From an uncultured Candidatus Saccharibacteria bacterium (GTDB taxonomy: Bacteria; Patescibacteriota; Minisyncoccia; Minisyncoccales; UBA10102), in assembly GCA_964471385.1 (NCBI GenBank), contig CAYYFJ010000004.1:1-33880 (forward strand): 33,880 bases of DNA. The letters run 5' to 3'. Position numbers and translations under genes: made by a program. Under the pieces are notes generated by a model. It was not told the origin of the DNA. It saw only the letters and a list, made by a program, of their open reading frames with translations, and searched no databases. This document shows positions 24,732-33,600 of this stretch, piece after piece; position 1 is the stretch's first letter; every line of letters starts with the position of its first letter.

Positions 24732-27599
24732 ATGGATCAGACCATAAAAATTCGGGGGGCAAGGGTGCACAATCTCAAAAATATTGACGTTGACATTCCA
24801 AAAAACAAACTCGTGGTGTTCACGGGAATTTCGGGTTCCGGAAAAAGCTCCCTCGCCTTCGACACGCTGTATGCCGAGGGGCAGAGGCGGTACGTGGAAA
24901 GTTTGTCAGCATATGCGCGCCAGTTTTTGGGCGTTATGGACAAGCCCGATGTTGACAACATTGAAGGCATAAGCCCGGCCATTGCCATTGACCAAAGAAA
25001 AGGCGCCCATAACCCTCGTTCCACCGTGGGAACTGTGACGGAGATTTATGATTATCTCCGGCTTTTGTTTTCGCGCGCGGGCATTCCCCGCTGTCCCAAA
25101 TGCAAAAAAGAAGTGAAGCGGCAGAACGCGAGCCAGATAGCCGACCAGATTCTTCAGCTTCCCGTAGGTTCTGAAATTGCGATTTTAGGCCCTGTGTTGC
25201 GCGACCGCAAGGGGGAGCATCGCGGCATTCTGGAGGAAATCCAGAAAGGAGGGTTTGTAAGGGTGCGCGTGGACGGCACGGTGCATCGCGTTGAGGAGCT
25301 TCTTTTGCAGGAGCTTGACCGCAAGCGCAAGCATACCATTGAAGTGGTGGTGGACCGGCTGGTGATGGGGGAAGAACTGGACAGGCCGCGGCTTTCAGAT
25401 TCGGTGGAGACGGCGTTAAAACTGGGGAAAGGAACAGTCGTCGTTGCAACGACAAGTTCCAATAACCAAGAAACAATAACCAAGCAAATTCAAAATCACA
25501 AACTTCAAACGCAAAACGACATACTGTTTTCAGAGAAGTTTGCGTGCGAGGAATGCGGAATGAGTTTGCCTGAAATTGAGCCGAGATTGTTTTCGTTTAA
25601 CTCGCCTCACGGGGCATGCCCCTCCTGTCAGGGGCTTGGAGAAAAACTTGAGGTGGATCCCCAGCTTGTGATTCCAAATCCCCGTCTTTCCATTGGAGAG
25701 GGAGCGATTTTCCCTTGGGCGCGCGCTTCCCATAAAATTGGAAGGCAGGGATTTTTCTGGTGGAAGCTGGAAGAACTTGCAAAGCAAAACAATTTTTCTC
25801 TTTCAGTCCCTGTCAAAGATCTGCCCAAGAACATCCTAAATCTTATTTTGCGCGGCGACGGCAATTTTGAAGGAGTAATTCCGTGGCTTGAGCGCAGATT
25901 CCATGAAACCGATTCAGAATACGCAAGAGAAGAAATAGAGCAGTACATGGTGGAAAAAGTATGCGAACAGTGCAAAGGGAAACGGTTAAAACCCGAAGCT
26001 CTTGCCGTGACAGTCGCGGGAAAACAGATTGACGAAATTACTGGCGCTCAACTGAACGGCGCGCATGAATTTTTCCGCGCTCTTTCCCGGAAGCCAGACG
26101 AGAAAGACGGCACACGCAAAAAAACAGACTCATTGTCCGCGGGGGAATATAAAATCGCCCAGCCTATTGTGAAGGAAATTCTGAACCGCATCCAGTTTTT
26201 AATTGATGTGGGATTGGAATATCTGACGCTCGGACGCAAAGCAGGGACGTTATCTGGCGGAGAAGAGCAAAGAATTCGCTTAGCCACGCAGATTGGCTCC
26301 AAACTGACAGGCGTTCTTTATATATTAGACGAGCCTTCCATTGGTTTGCACGCGAGAGATCAGGGGCGGCTTATTAAAACGCTGAAAGAATTGCGCGACT
26401 TGGGCAACACGGTTGTCGTGGTGGAGCACGACGAGCAGACCATTCAGAATGCTGACTGGATTATTGACGTGGGGCCGGGAGCCGGCAAACACGGGGGGCG
26501 CGTTGTGTTTGCGGGCACGCCAAAACAGCTGGAAAAATCAGACACACTGACGGGAGAATATGTGTCGGGGAGGAGGAGAGTGGAGAGTAATTCAAAAGTG
26601 CAAGTCAAAATTCAAAAGTATTTGATCATTAAGGGGGCGAGGGAGAATAATCTGAAAAACATTGATGTGAAAATTCCTCTGGGGAAATTTGTGTGCGTCA
26701 CAGGAGTGTCGGGGTCCGGGAAAAGCTCGCTTGTGAATGATATTGTCGCAAAAGCTCTGCTGAAAAAGTTTTATCGCGCGAAAGAAACGCCGGGAGCGCA
26801 TAAAAATATCATAGGAACCGAGCATATAGACAAAGTGGTGCTGGTTGACCAGTCGCCCATAGGCAGGACGCCCCGCTCCAACCCCGCCACTTACACGGGA
26901 GCATTCACTGTGGTTCGCGATTTGTTTGTCGCGACAAGAGAAGCGAGGACGCGGGGATACGGAGCCGGACGTTTTTCTTTTAACGTGAAAGGAGGGCGGT
27001 GCGAGGCCTGCGAGGGGCAGGGGCTGAAGAAAATTGAGATGTATTTTTTGCCAGATGTATATGTGGAATGCGAGGAGTGCCATGGAACCAGATACACGAA
27101 AGAAGTTTTGGAGATTGAGTACAAAGAAAAAAACATTGCGCAGACGCTTGCCATGACTGTGGAGGAGGCGCTTGAATTTTTCAAAAACATTCCGGCTCTT
27201 GCCGCGAAACTGAAAACGCTCAACGATGTCGGGTTGGGATACGTCCAGTTGGGCCAGCCAGCTCCCTCGCTTTCAGGAGGAGAGGCGCAGAGAGTGAAGC
27301 TTGCAACCGAGCTTGCAAAAAAAGCAACCGGCAAAACGCTGTATATATTGGACGAACCGACAACCGGTCTGCATTTTGACGATGTGAAAAAACTTTTGCA
27401 CGTGCTTTCAGAGCTTGTTTCAAAAGGCAACACCGTGCTGGTGATTGAGCACAATATGGATTTAATCCGCAACGCCGACTGGATTATTGACCTTGGTCCC
27501 GAAGGGGGAGAAAAGGGAGGCTCTATTATTGCGGAAGGCGCTCCAGCGGACATTGCAAAAAACAAAAGGAGTTATACCGGACAATATCTAAACTATTAA
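24732..27599 (+). CDS. uvrA: Excinuclease ABC subunit A
   Basis: 955-aa ORF with two ABC ATPase modules ([12 protein letters not shown] and [11 protein letters not shown] Walker A; LSGGEEQR and LSGGEAQR signatures) and zinc-finger Cys clusters. Confidence 0.97.
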   Translation: MDQTIKIRGARVHNLKNIDVDIPKNKLVVFTGISGSGKSSLAFDTLYAEGQRRYVESLSAYARQFLGVMDKPDVDNIEGISPAIAIDQRKGAHNPRSTVGTVTEIYDYLRLLFSRAGIPRCPKCKKEVKRQNASQIADQILQLPVGSEIAILGPVLRDRKGEHRGILEEIQKGGFVRVRVDGTVHRVEELLLQELDRKRKHTIEVVVDRLVMGEELDRPRLSDSVETALKLGKGTVVVATTSSNNQETITKQIQNHKLQTQNDILFSEKFACEECGMSLPEIEPRLFSFNSPHGACPSCQGLGEKLEVDPQLVIPNPRLSIGEGAIFPWARASHKIGRQGFFWWKLEELAKQNNFSLSVPVKDLPKNILNLILRGDGNFEGVIPWLERRFHETDSEYAREEIEQYMVEKVCEQCKGKRLKPEALAVTVAGKQIDEITGAQLNGAHEFFRALSRKPDEKDGTRKKTDSLSAGEYKIAQPIVKEILNRIQFLIDVGLEYLTLGRKAGTLSGGEEQRIRLATQIGSKLTGVLYILDEPSIGLHARDQGRLIKTLKELRDLGNTVVVVEHDEQTIQNADWIIDVGPGAGKHGGRVVFAGTPKQLEKSDTLTGEYVSGRRRVESNSKVQVKIQKYLIIKGARENNLKNIDVKIPLGKFVCVTGVSGSGKSSLVNDIVAKALLKKFYRAKETPGAHKNIIGTEHIDKVVLVDQSPIGRTPRSNPATYTGAFTVVRDLFVATREARTRGYGAGRFSFNVKGGRCEACEGQGLKKIEMYFLPDVYVECEECHGTRYTKEVLEIEYKEKNIAQTLAMTVEEALEFFKNIPALAAKLKTLNDVGLGYVQLGQPAPSLSGGEAQRVKLATELAKKATGKTLYILDEPTTGLHFDDVKKLLHVLSELVSKGNTVLVIEHNMDLIRNADWIIDLGPEGGEKGGSIIAEGAPADIAKNKRSYTGQYLNY

Positions 27600-27622
27600 G
27601 AAAAATCTTTGACAGATAACCA

Positions 27623-27658
27623 ATTTCGTGTCGGAGACACACTCCGTGTGTCTCCGAC
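27623..27658 (+). repeat. Right copy of the 32-nt inverted repeat; forms a 13-bp hairpin 31 nt after the uvrA stop
   Basis: GTCGGAGACACAC-TCC-GTGTGTCTCCGAC (27630-27658). There is no U-tract, so a terminator role is uncertain. Confidence 0.9.
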
Positions 27659-27666
27659 CGGTGTTA

Positions 27667-27695
27667 TTGATAAAGAACATCCTGTGTTGTATAAA
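27667..27695 (+). promoter_or_regulatory. Sigma70-type promoter for the 96-aa ORF
   Basis: TTGATA (27667-27672), 17-nt spacer, TATAAA (27690-27695). Confidence 0.5.
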
Positions 27696-27756
27696 CAGAA
27701 TAGTTCATGCGTCCTTCCTTGTGTTTTGTGCACATTATTTTGAGGGAGGAAGACAT

Positions 27757-28047
27757 ATGAGTTTGGAAGAATGGGTTGCAGGGAAAAAGCTTTCTTTCCA
27801 TTCTGAAAACGGTGTTATAGCCGTTGAAGGTTCTATTTGGGAATGGCAAAATGTTCTTTGCAATCCGCCGCAACTGCCGCAATCAATAAAAAGCTTTCTG
27901 AAAAGTTTTGGTCTAACAGTTGTCATTCAGGGTTCCGAAAAAGAGCCTATAATGACCGTAAAAGGTCATATGAGATTGTGGGAGAATCTCTGCGGATTTT
28001 TGCAGGGTTCTTCCATAGTCTCCCGTAAAACAGCAAAGGGGGAGTAA
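27757..28047 (+). CDS. Hypothetical protein, 96 aa, no recognisable family
   Basis: ATG 27757 is preceded by GAGGGAGGA (27742-27750). It has its own promoter and its own terminator. The track start at 27628 is a GTG inside the hairpin and is rejected. Confidence 0.55.
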   Translation: MSLEEWVAGKKLSFHSENGVIAVEGSIWEWQNVLCNPPQLPQSIKSFLKSFGLTVVIQGSEKEPIMTVKGHMRLWENLCGFLQGSSIVSRKTAKGE

Positions 28048-28064
28048 TCTCCTCCTTTTGTTTT
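28038..28064 (+). terminator. Rho-independent terminator overlapping the stop codon of the 96-aa ORF
   Basis: GGGGGAG-TAAT-CTCCTCC (one G-U pair) followed by TTTTGTTTT. Confidence 0.6.
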
Positions 28065-28096
28065 CATAAAACTGGCGATGGCAATGAAAACAAGAA

Positions 28097-28118
28097 GGCC
28101 CCAAAATTATTTGGGGCC
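28097..28118 (-). terminator. Hairpin terminator for the 103-aa ORF
   Basis: GGCCCCAAA-ATTA-TTTGGGGCC. On the minus strand it is followed by TTCTTGTTTTC. Confidence 0.6.
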
Positions 28119-28135
28119 CTTGCGGCTTGCTAGAG

Positions 28136-28447
28136 TTACAGCGGAAATACACTTATTCTAAGGATCTGGGTCGTATGACACAGCTCCTCCACAATGCAGT
28201 AACACGCGCCATTTTCTGCAATGTAGAGGAAAATGCGCCGCACCCTCCCATAGAGGGGATCGTGCGGTGCGAGTTCGGGAAGCTGCAAGAAAATTCCTTG
28301 CAGTTTTTCGATTTCCGGGGGAATCTCAACCTCCCACCCCTTTGGTGCAATCCATTGTGGGGACGGGACCTCTTGCGGGATAAAGCGTGCCACTTCCCTT
28401 CGAGAAAGGGGTAGTGATGGCGTATGGACTCCGCTTCTCTGTTCCAT
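28136..28447 (-). CDS. Hypothetical protein, 103 aa, no recognisable family
   Basis: ATG preceded by AAGGAGGA at 7-nt spacing, a TTGACA-16-TACTAT promoter and a downstream terminator. It is convergent with the 96-aa ORF. Confidence 0.55.
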   Translation of the reverse strand: MEQRSGVHTPSLPLSRREVARFIPQEVPSPQWIAPKGWEVEIPPEIEKLQGIFLQLPELAPHDPLYGRVRRIFLYIAENGACYCIVEELCHTTQILRISVFPL

Positions 28448-28481
28448 AATGCGCTCCTCCTTATGTGAAAACTGTATGGCG

Positions 28482-28509
28482 ATAGTAAATTTTTAGCAGA
28501 AAATGTCAA
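28482..28509 (-). promoter_or_regulatory. Sigma70-type promoter for the 103-aa ORF
   Basis: On the minus strand: TTGACA (28504-28509), 16-nt spacer, TACTAT (28482-28487). Confidence 0.55.
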
Positions 28510-28538
28510 GGGCAATATAATATGCGCGGGGCGGGGTA

Positions 28539-28567
28539 TTGACAATATTTTTTGTCTCGCATAGATT
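28539..28567 (+). promoter_or_regulatory. Sigma70-type promoter for groES-groEL
   Basis: TTGACA (28539-28544), 17-nt spacer, TAGATT (28562-28567), just upstream of the CIRCE-like element. Confidence 0.55.
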
Positions 28568-28580
28568 ATGGTATATGAAA

Positions 28581-28607
28581 TTAGCAGTCAATGTGCTGGA
28601 CTGCTAG
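28581..28607 (+). promoter_or_regulatory. CIRCE-like inverted repeat (putative HrcA operator)
   Basis: TTAGCAGTC-N9-GACTGCTAG compared with the CIRCE consensus TTAGCACTC-N9-GAGTGCTAA. It lies between the promoter and groES. Confidence 0.75.
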
Positions 28608-28663
28608 CCGTTTAATACTATTTATAGCTAATCATAACTAAAGGTTCTTATCATTCAAAGCGT

Positions 28664-28957
28664 ATGACCATCAAACCATTGCGGGATCATGTGCTCATAG
28701 AGCCCCTCAAGCAGGAGGAAAAAACAAAGTCGGGCATTTTTCTGCCTGACACGGCAGACAAAGAAAAGCCCGAGCAGGGAAAAGTTATTGCCGTGGGAAA
28801 CGGCAAAAAAACAGAGAACGGAACAATTGTCCCCTTGGAAGTCAAAGCCGGAGACACGGTTCTGTTCACGAAATACGGCCCCAACGAGGTAAAGGTTGAC
28901 GGCAAAGAGTATCTCATCGCGAGAGAGGACGACATATTGGCAATCATAGAAGTATAA
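28664..28957 (+). CDS. groES: Co-chaperonin GroES
   Basis: 97-aa ORF ([12 protein letters not shown]...[10 protein letters not shown]...GKVIAVGNG...GDTVLFTKY). Confidence 0.96.
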   Translation: MTIKPLRDHVLIEPLKQEEKTKSGIFLPDTADKEKPEQGKVIAVGNGKKTENGTIVPLEVKAGDTVLFTKYGPNEVKVDGKEYLIAREDDILAIIEV

Positions 28958-28958
28958 T

Positions 28959-29069
28959 ACAAATCTACGAATTTTGTCCGAATACTACGAATAGCAAATC
29001 TACGAATGTACGGCAAAACTTATTCATAGCATTTGTAGATTCGGATATCATTTGCGGATTTGGATATTG
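28959..29069. repeat. groES-groEL spacer made of repeated words (AAATCTACGAAT x2; ATTTGNNGATTYGGA x2) with partial inverted complementarity
   Basis: AAATCTACGAAT occurs at 28961 and 28996. On the right side, ATTTGTAGATTCGGA is at 29031 and ATTTGCGGATTTGGA at 29050. AATCTAC pairs with GTAGATT, and TCCGAAT with ATTCGGA. Confidence 0.6.
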
Positions 29070-29070
29070 A

Positions 29071-30699
<1,629 letters not shown>

Positions 30700-30771
30700 A
30701 CATTGTTGTCATGACAATGTTTAGTCCTGAGCGTGGTTGAAGGACTCCTTTTTCAATAGGATAAAAAGCGC

Positions 30772-30806
30772 AAACCCGGCTTCAATGAACCGGGTTTGTG
30801 TTTTTT
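30772..30806 (+). terminator. Rho-independent terminator after groEL
   Basis: AAACCCGG-loop-CCGGGTTT followed by GTGTTTTTT. Two weaker hairpins precede it (30696-30722 and 30724-30745). Confidence 0.8.
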
Positions 30807-30817
30807 AGAGATTATCG

Positions 30818-30826
30818 TGGTATAAT
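30818..30826 (+). promoter_or_regulatory. Extended -10 promoter element (TGgTATAAT) upstream of lemA
   Basis: TGGTATAAT lies at 30818-30826, 40 nt before the lemA ATG. Confidence 0.5.
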
Positions 30827-30866
30827 AACGGTGTTTATAAATAATAAAGAATAAAGAACAAAAACC

Positions 30867-31421
30867 ATGAATACTTTTACAATTATTTTGGCCGCGTTCG
30901 GCGTTTTGGTTGCATGGGTTGTGCTTGCGTTTAACCGCCTTATTGCTTTGCGCAATCGCGTCAAGGAAGCGTTTGCCGACATTGAAGTGCAGTTAAAAAG
31001 GCGCTATGACATGGTTCCTAACCTTGTGAACACGGTGCAGGGATACGCGGCGCATGAGAGAGGAGTATTTGAGAAAGTGACAGAAGCAAGAGCAAAGGCA
31101 ATGGGCGCGACAAGCGTGGGAGATCGCGCGCAGGCGGAGAATATGCTCTCGCAAACCTTGAAAAGTCTGTTCGCGGTCGCGGAAAATTATCCCGACCTCA
31201 AAGCGTCCGACCGTTTTGGCCAGCTCATGGAGGAATTGCGGGACACGGAAGACAAAATTCAGGCGGCCCGCAGATTTTACAATACCAATGTGCTTGCGCT
31301 GAACACAGGGACGGAAACATTCCCGGCAAATCTTGTCGCCGGTTCGTTTGGGTTTAAGAAGGAAGCGTTTTTTGAAATTGAAGAACCTGCCGAACGCCAA
31401 GCCCCCAAAGTCAATTTCTAA
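30867..31421 (+). CDS. lemA: LemA family protein
   Basis: 184-aa ORF with an N-terminal TM helix and LemA-typical blocks (QLKRRYDMVPNLV, AENYPDLKA, ARRFYN). Confidence 0.9.
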   Translation: MNTFTIILAAFGVLVAWVVLAFNRLIALRNRVKEAFADIEVQLKRRYDMVPNLVNTVQGYAAHERGVFEKVTEARAKAMGATSVGDRAQAENMLSQTLKSLFAVAENYPDLKASDRFGQLMEELRDTEDKIQAARRFYNTNVLALNTGTETFPANLVAGSFGFKKEAFFEIEEPAERQAPKVNF

Positions 31422-31455
31422 TTTTCAATAATCAATTTTCAATAATTGAAAATTG
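31421..31455. repeat. AT-rich word hairpin in the lemA-htpX spacer
   Basis: Direct repeat ATTTTCAATAAT x2. A perfect 10-bp inverted repeat, CAATTTTCAA-TAA-TTGAAAATTG (31433-31455), ends 1 nt before the htpX ATG. Confidence 0.75.
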
Positions 31456-31456
31456 C

Positions 31457-32362
31457 ATGACGCTTTATTCTTATGCTGAATCCAACATCCGCAAAACGTG
31501 GCTGTATCTGGCAGGGTTTTTTGTCCTGCTGATTGGTTTGGGCTGGCTATTCAGCGCTTACTACAAGAGTCCAACGATTCTGTGGTTCGCGGTTTTGTTG
31601 AGCACGGCCATGAGCGTGGCGTCGTATTGGTTTTCAGATTCCATAGCGCTTTCCATGAGCGGAGCAAAGCCGATTAAAAAGGAAGACAATCCCGAGCTGT
31701 ACCGCATTGTGGAAAATCTTGCCATAACCGCGGGCCTTCCCACACCTGCTGTTTTCATTATTAATGATGCCCAACCCAATGCGTTTGCAACCGGCCGCGA
31801 TCCAAAGCACGCGGTGGTTGCCGTAACGACAGGACTATTGGAGCGATTGGAACGCGCGGAGCTTGAAGGAGTCATCGCGCACGAGTTTGCGCATATCGGA
31901 AACCGCGATGTTCTGCTTGCAACCGTTATTGTGGTTCTGGTCGGCATTGTCGCTTTATTGTCTGATTTCTTTTTCCGCATCACATGGTATGGCGGAAGGG
32001 GGCGTTCGCGCGACGACAACCGGGGACAGCTTGGCGTTCTATTGCTTGTCGTGTCCATTGTTGCCGCGATTGTAGCTCCGCTTGCCGCGAACCTGATAAA
32101 GCTTGCGATTTCGCGCAAGCGCGAGTTTTTAGCAGACGCTTCGGGCGCGCTTTTGACGCGGTATCCCGAGGGGCTTGCAAAGGCGCTGGAGAAAATATCC
32201 GCATTTTCCGGCCAATTGCGCGCCGCAAACCACGCGACCGCGCACTTGTACATTGCCAGCCCTTTTCGCGGCAAAGAATCCGTGGGCTGGTTTCAAAAGC
32301 TGTTCACGACCCACCCGCCCATTGCAGAGCGCATTGCCGCCCTCAGAGGAATGAAGATATAA
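31457..32362 (+). CDS. htpX: M48 family zinc metalloprotease HtpX
   Basis: 301-aa ORF with TM helices, the HEFAH zinc motif (IAHEFAHIGNRD) and C-terminal THPPIAERI. Confidence 0.92.
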   Translation: MTLYSYAESNIRKTWLYLAGFFVLLIGLGWLFSAYYKSPTILWFAVLLSTAMSVASYWFSDSIALSMSGAKPIKKEDNPELYRIVENLAITAGLPTPAVFIINDAQPNAFATGRDPKHAVVAVTTGLLERLERAELEGVIAHEFAHIGNRDVLLATVIVVLVGIVALLSDFFFRITWYGGRGRSRDDNRGQLGVLLLVVSIVAAIVAPLAANLIKLAISRKREFLADASGALLTRYPEGLAKALEKISAFSGQLRAANHATAHLYIASPFRGKESVGWFQKLFTTHPPIAERIAALRGMKI

Positions 32363-32473
32363 ATGTCAAATGTCAAAATCCAAATGTCAAATGAATGTCA
32401 AAGCTCAAAGTCAAAATAGCCCATTTGCCCATTTGTACTTTATTTGAAATTTGATATTGAGATTTTGGATTTA
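32361..32473. repeat. AAATGYC heptad-word inverted repeat between htpX and the zinc-ribbon gene
   Basis: Left arm AAATGTCAAATGTCAAAATCCAAATGTCAAATGAATGTCAAAGCTCAAAGTCAAAATAGCC. Right arm CATTTGCCCATTTGTACTTTATTTGAAATTTGATATTGAGATTTTGGATTT. Confidence 0.85.
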
Positions 32474-32480
32474 GTTATAT

Positions 32481-33011
32481 ATGGTTTGTCCCCTTTGCAA
32501 CATAAAACTTCATAATGCTTTGCTCTCGGGCGTGGACATTGACTACTGCCCGCGGTGTTACGGATTGTGGTTTGAGGAAGACGAGCTCCAGTCTGCAAAA
32601 GACGAGAAAGACAGAAATCTGCGCTGGCTTGACATTGATTTGTGGCGCGACAAAACCCGATTTCGCATTTCCCGCCAGCACAAACTCTGCCCTTTTGACA
32701 GAATGCCTTTGTACGAGGTACGGTATGGAGACTCAATCGTCAAAGTTGACGTGTGCAATCTTTGCCATGGCGTGTGGCTGGACAGGGGAGAATTCAAGGG
32801 AATTATTGCTTATCTTCAGGAAAAAGGAGAACATGCGACGCTGTATCATTATCTGCGCAATCTCAAAGAAGAGCTCTGGGAAGTTTTTTACGGCCCCGAA
32901 TTACTGCGGGAAGAATTGCTTGATTTCTTGACCGTGCTCAAGCTTTTGCGCTATAAATTCGCCGTGCAGTATCCCCATCTCTTTGAAGCAATCTCCCTGC
33001 TTCCGCGGTAA
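32481..33011 (+). CDS. Protein with two TFIIB-type zinc-ribbon domains (zf-TFIIB, PF13453-like)
   Basis: Two copies of CPxC...G..ID.CP.C.G.W.D..E (CPLCNIKL...DYCPRCYGLWFEEDEL and CPFDRMPL...DVCNLCHGVWLDRGEF), followed by a helical C-terminal half. Confidence 0.7.
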   Translation: MVCPLCNIKLHNALLSGVDIDYCPRCYGLWFEEDELQSAKDEKDRNLRWLDIDLWRDKTRFRISRQHKLCPFDRMPLYEVRYGDSIVKVDVCNLCHGVWLDRGEFKGIIAYLQEKGEHATLYHYLRNLKEELWEVFYGPELLREELLDFLTVLKLLRYKFAVQYPHLFEAISLLPR

Positions 33012-33020
33012 ACAAAACAT

Positions 33021-33075
33021 GGAGGGGTCGCATCCAGCCCGAGGCTGGTCGGCCTTGGGCCGAAGTGGCCTAGTG
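33021..33075 (+). pseudogene. Displaced 5' fragment of tRNA-Ser, interrupted by a 30-nt twin hairpin
   Basis: GGAGGGGTCGCAT + [CCAGCCCGAGGCTGG TCGGCCTTGGGCCGA] + AGTGGCCTAGTG. Without the bracketed insert it equals nt 1-25 of the tRNA at 33348. Confidence 0.75.
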
Positions 33076-33077
33076 AT

Positions 33078-33362
33078 ATGTATTATGTTTATATTATTCA
33101 AAGCACTCAAAATAAAAAACTTTATAAGGGAATAACAGAAGATTTGAGAAGTAGAATGCAAGAGCATAATCGTGGGTGTACGCTGTCAACGAAATCTGGT
33201 ATTCCTTGGAGGCTAGTTTATTATGAAGCATTTTTAAATAAAACTGATGCTAAGAGAGAGGAAATTTTTTTAAAATCTGGAAAAGGAAGAGAGCGCATTC
33301 ATTATTTGCTAAAGTATACTTTGAAAAAAGGAAATAGGGTCAATCATGGAGGGGTCGCATAG
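33078..33362 (+). CDS. Small GIY-YIG nuclease family protein (UPF0213/COG2827-like)
   Basis: 94-aa ORF (YYVYIIQS...KLYKGITEDLRSRMQEHN...WRLVYYEAF...A.REE..LKS). The segment is clearly more AT-rich than its neighbours. The last 5 codons plus the stop overlap the tRNA-Ser 5' end. Confidence 0.8.
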   Translation: MYYVYIIQSTQNKKLYKGITEDLRSRMQEHNRGCTLSTKSGIPWRLVYYEAFLNKTDAKREEIFLKSGKGRERIHYLLKYTLKKGNRVNHGGVA

Positions 33363-33434
33363 TGGCCTAGTGCGGTTGCTTGGAAAGCAACTATGTCCGA
33401 AAGGGCATCGCGAGTTCAAATCTCGCCCCCTCCG
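33348..33434 (+). tRNA. tRNA-Ser (anticodon GGA), class II, CCA not encoded
   Basis: Hand fold: acceptor GGAGGGG/CCCCTCC, anticodon stem GTTGC/GCAAC with loop TTGGAAA, long variable arm ATGTCC-GAAA-GGGCAT, T-arm GCGAG TTCAAAT CTCGC, discriminator G. Confidence 0.9.
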
Positions 33435-33600
33435 CAGTGAGCGAAGCGAACAAGGAAGAGGGAGTGGGCAAACTGCTTTGCCCACATTGGGATGAGAAGC
33501 CCGGAGCGATGAGCGAGTTCTCCCGAAGGAAGCCGAGGGAGAGGCGAGCGCCGCGAGGGCCGGTTCAGAGGAAATTGCCGTCAGGCAATTTACCGAAGGA

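Noticed and set aside
33437-33600. SRP (4.5S) RNA or tmRNA, considered because of CCCGAAGGAAGCCGAGGG (reminiscent of the SRP helix-8 GGAAGGAAGC) and the adjacent tRNA-like end.
   Set aside because: The conserved AGCAGCC/GGCAG helix-8 partner is absent. There is no tmRNA tag-ORF or pseudoknot layout, and the T-arm is not reconstituted. The resemblance is limited to a purine run.
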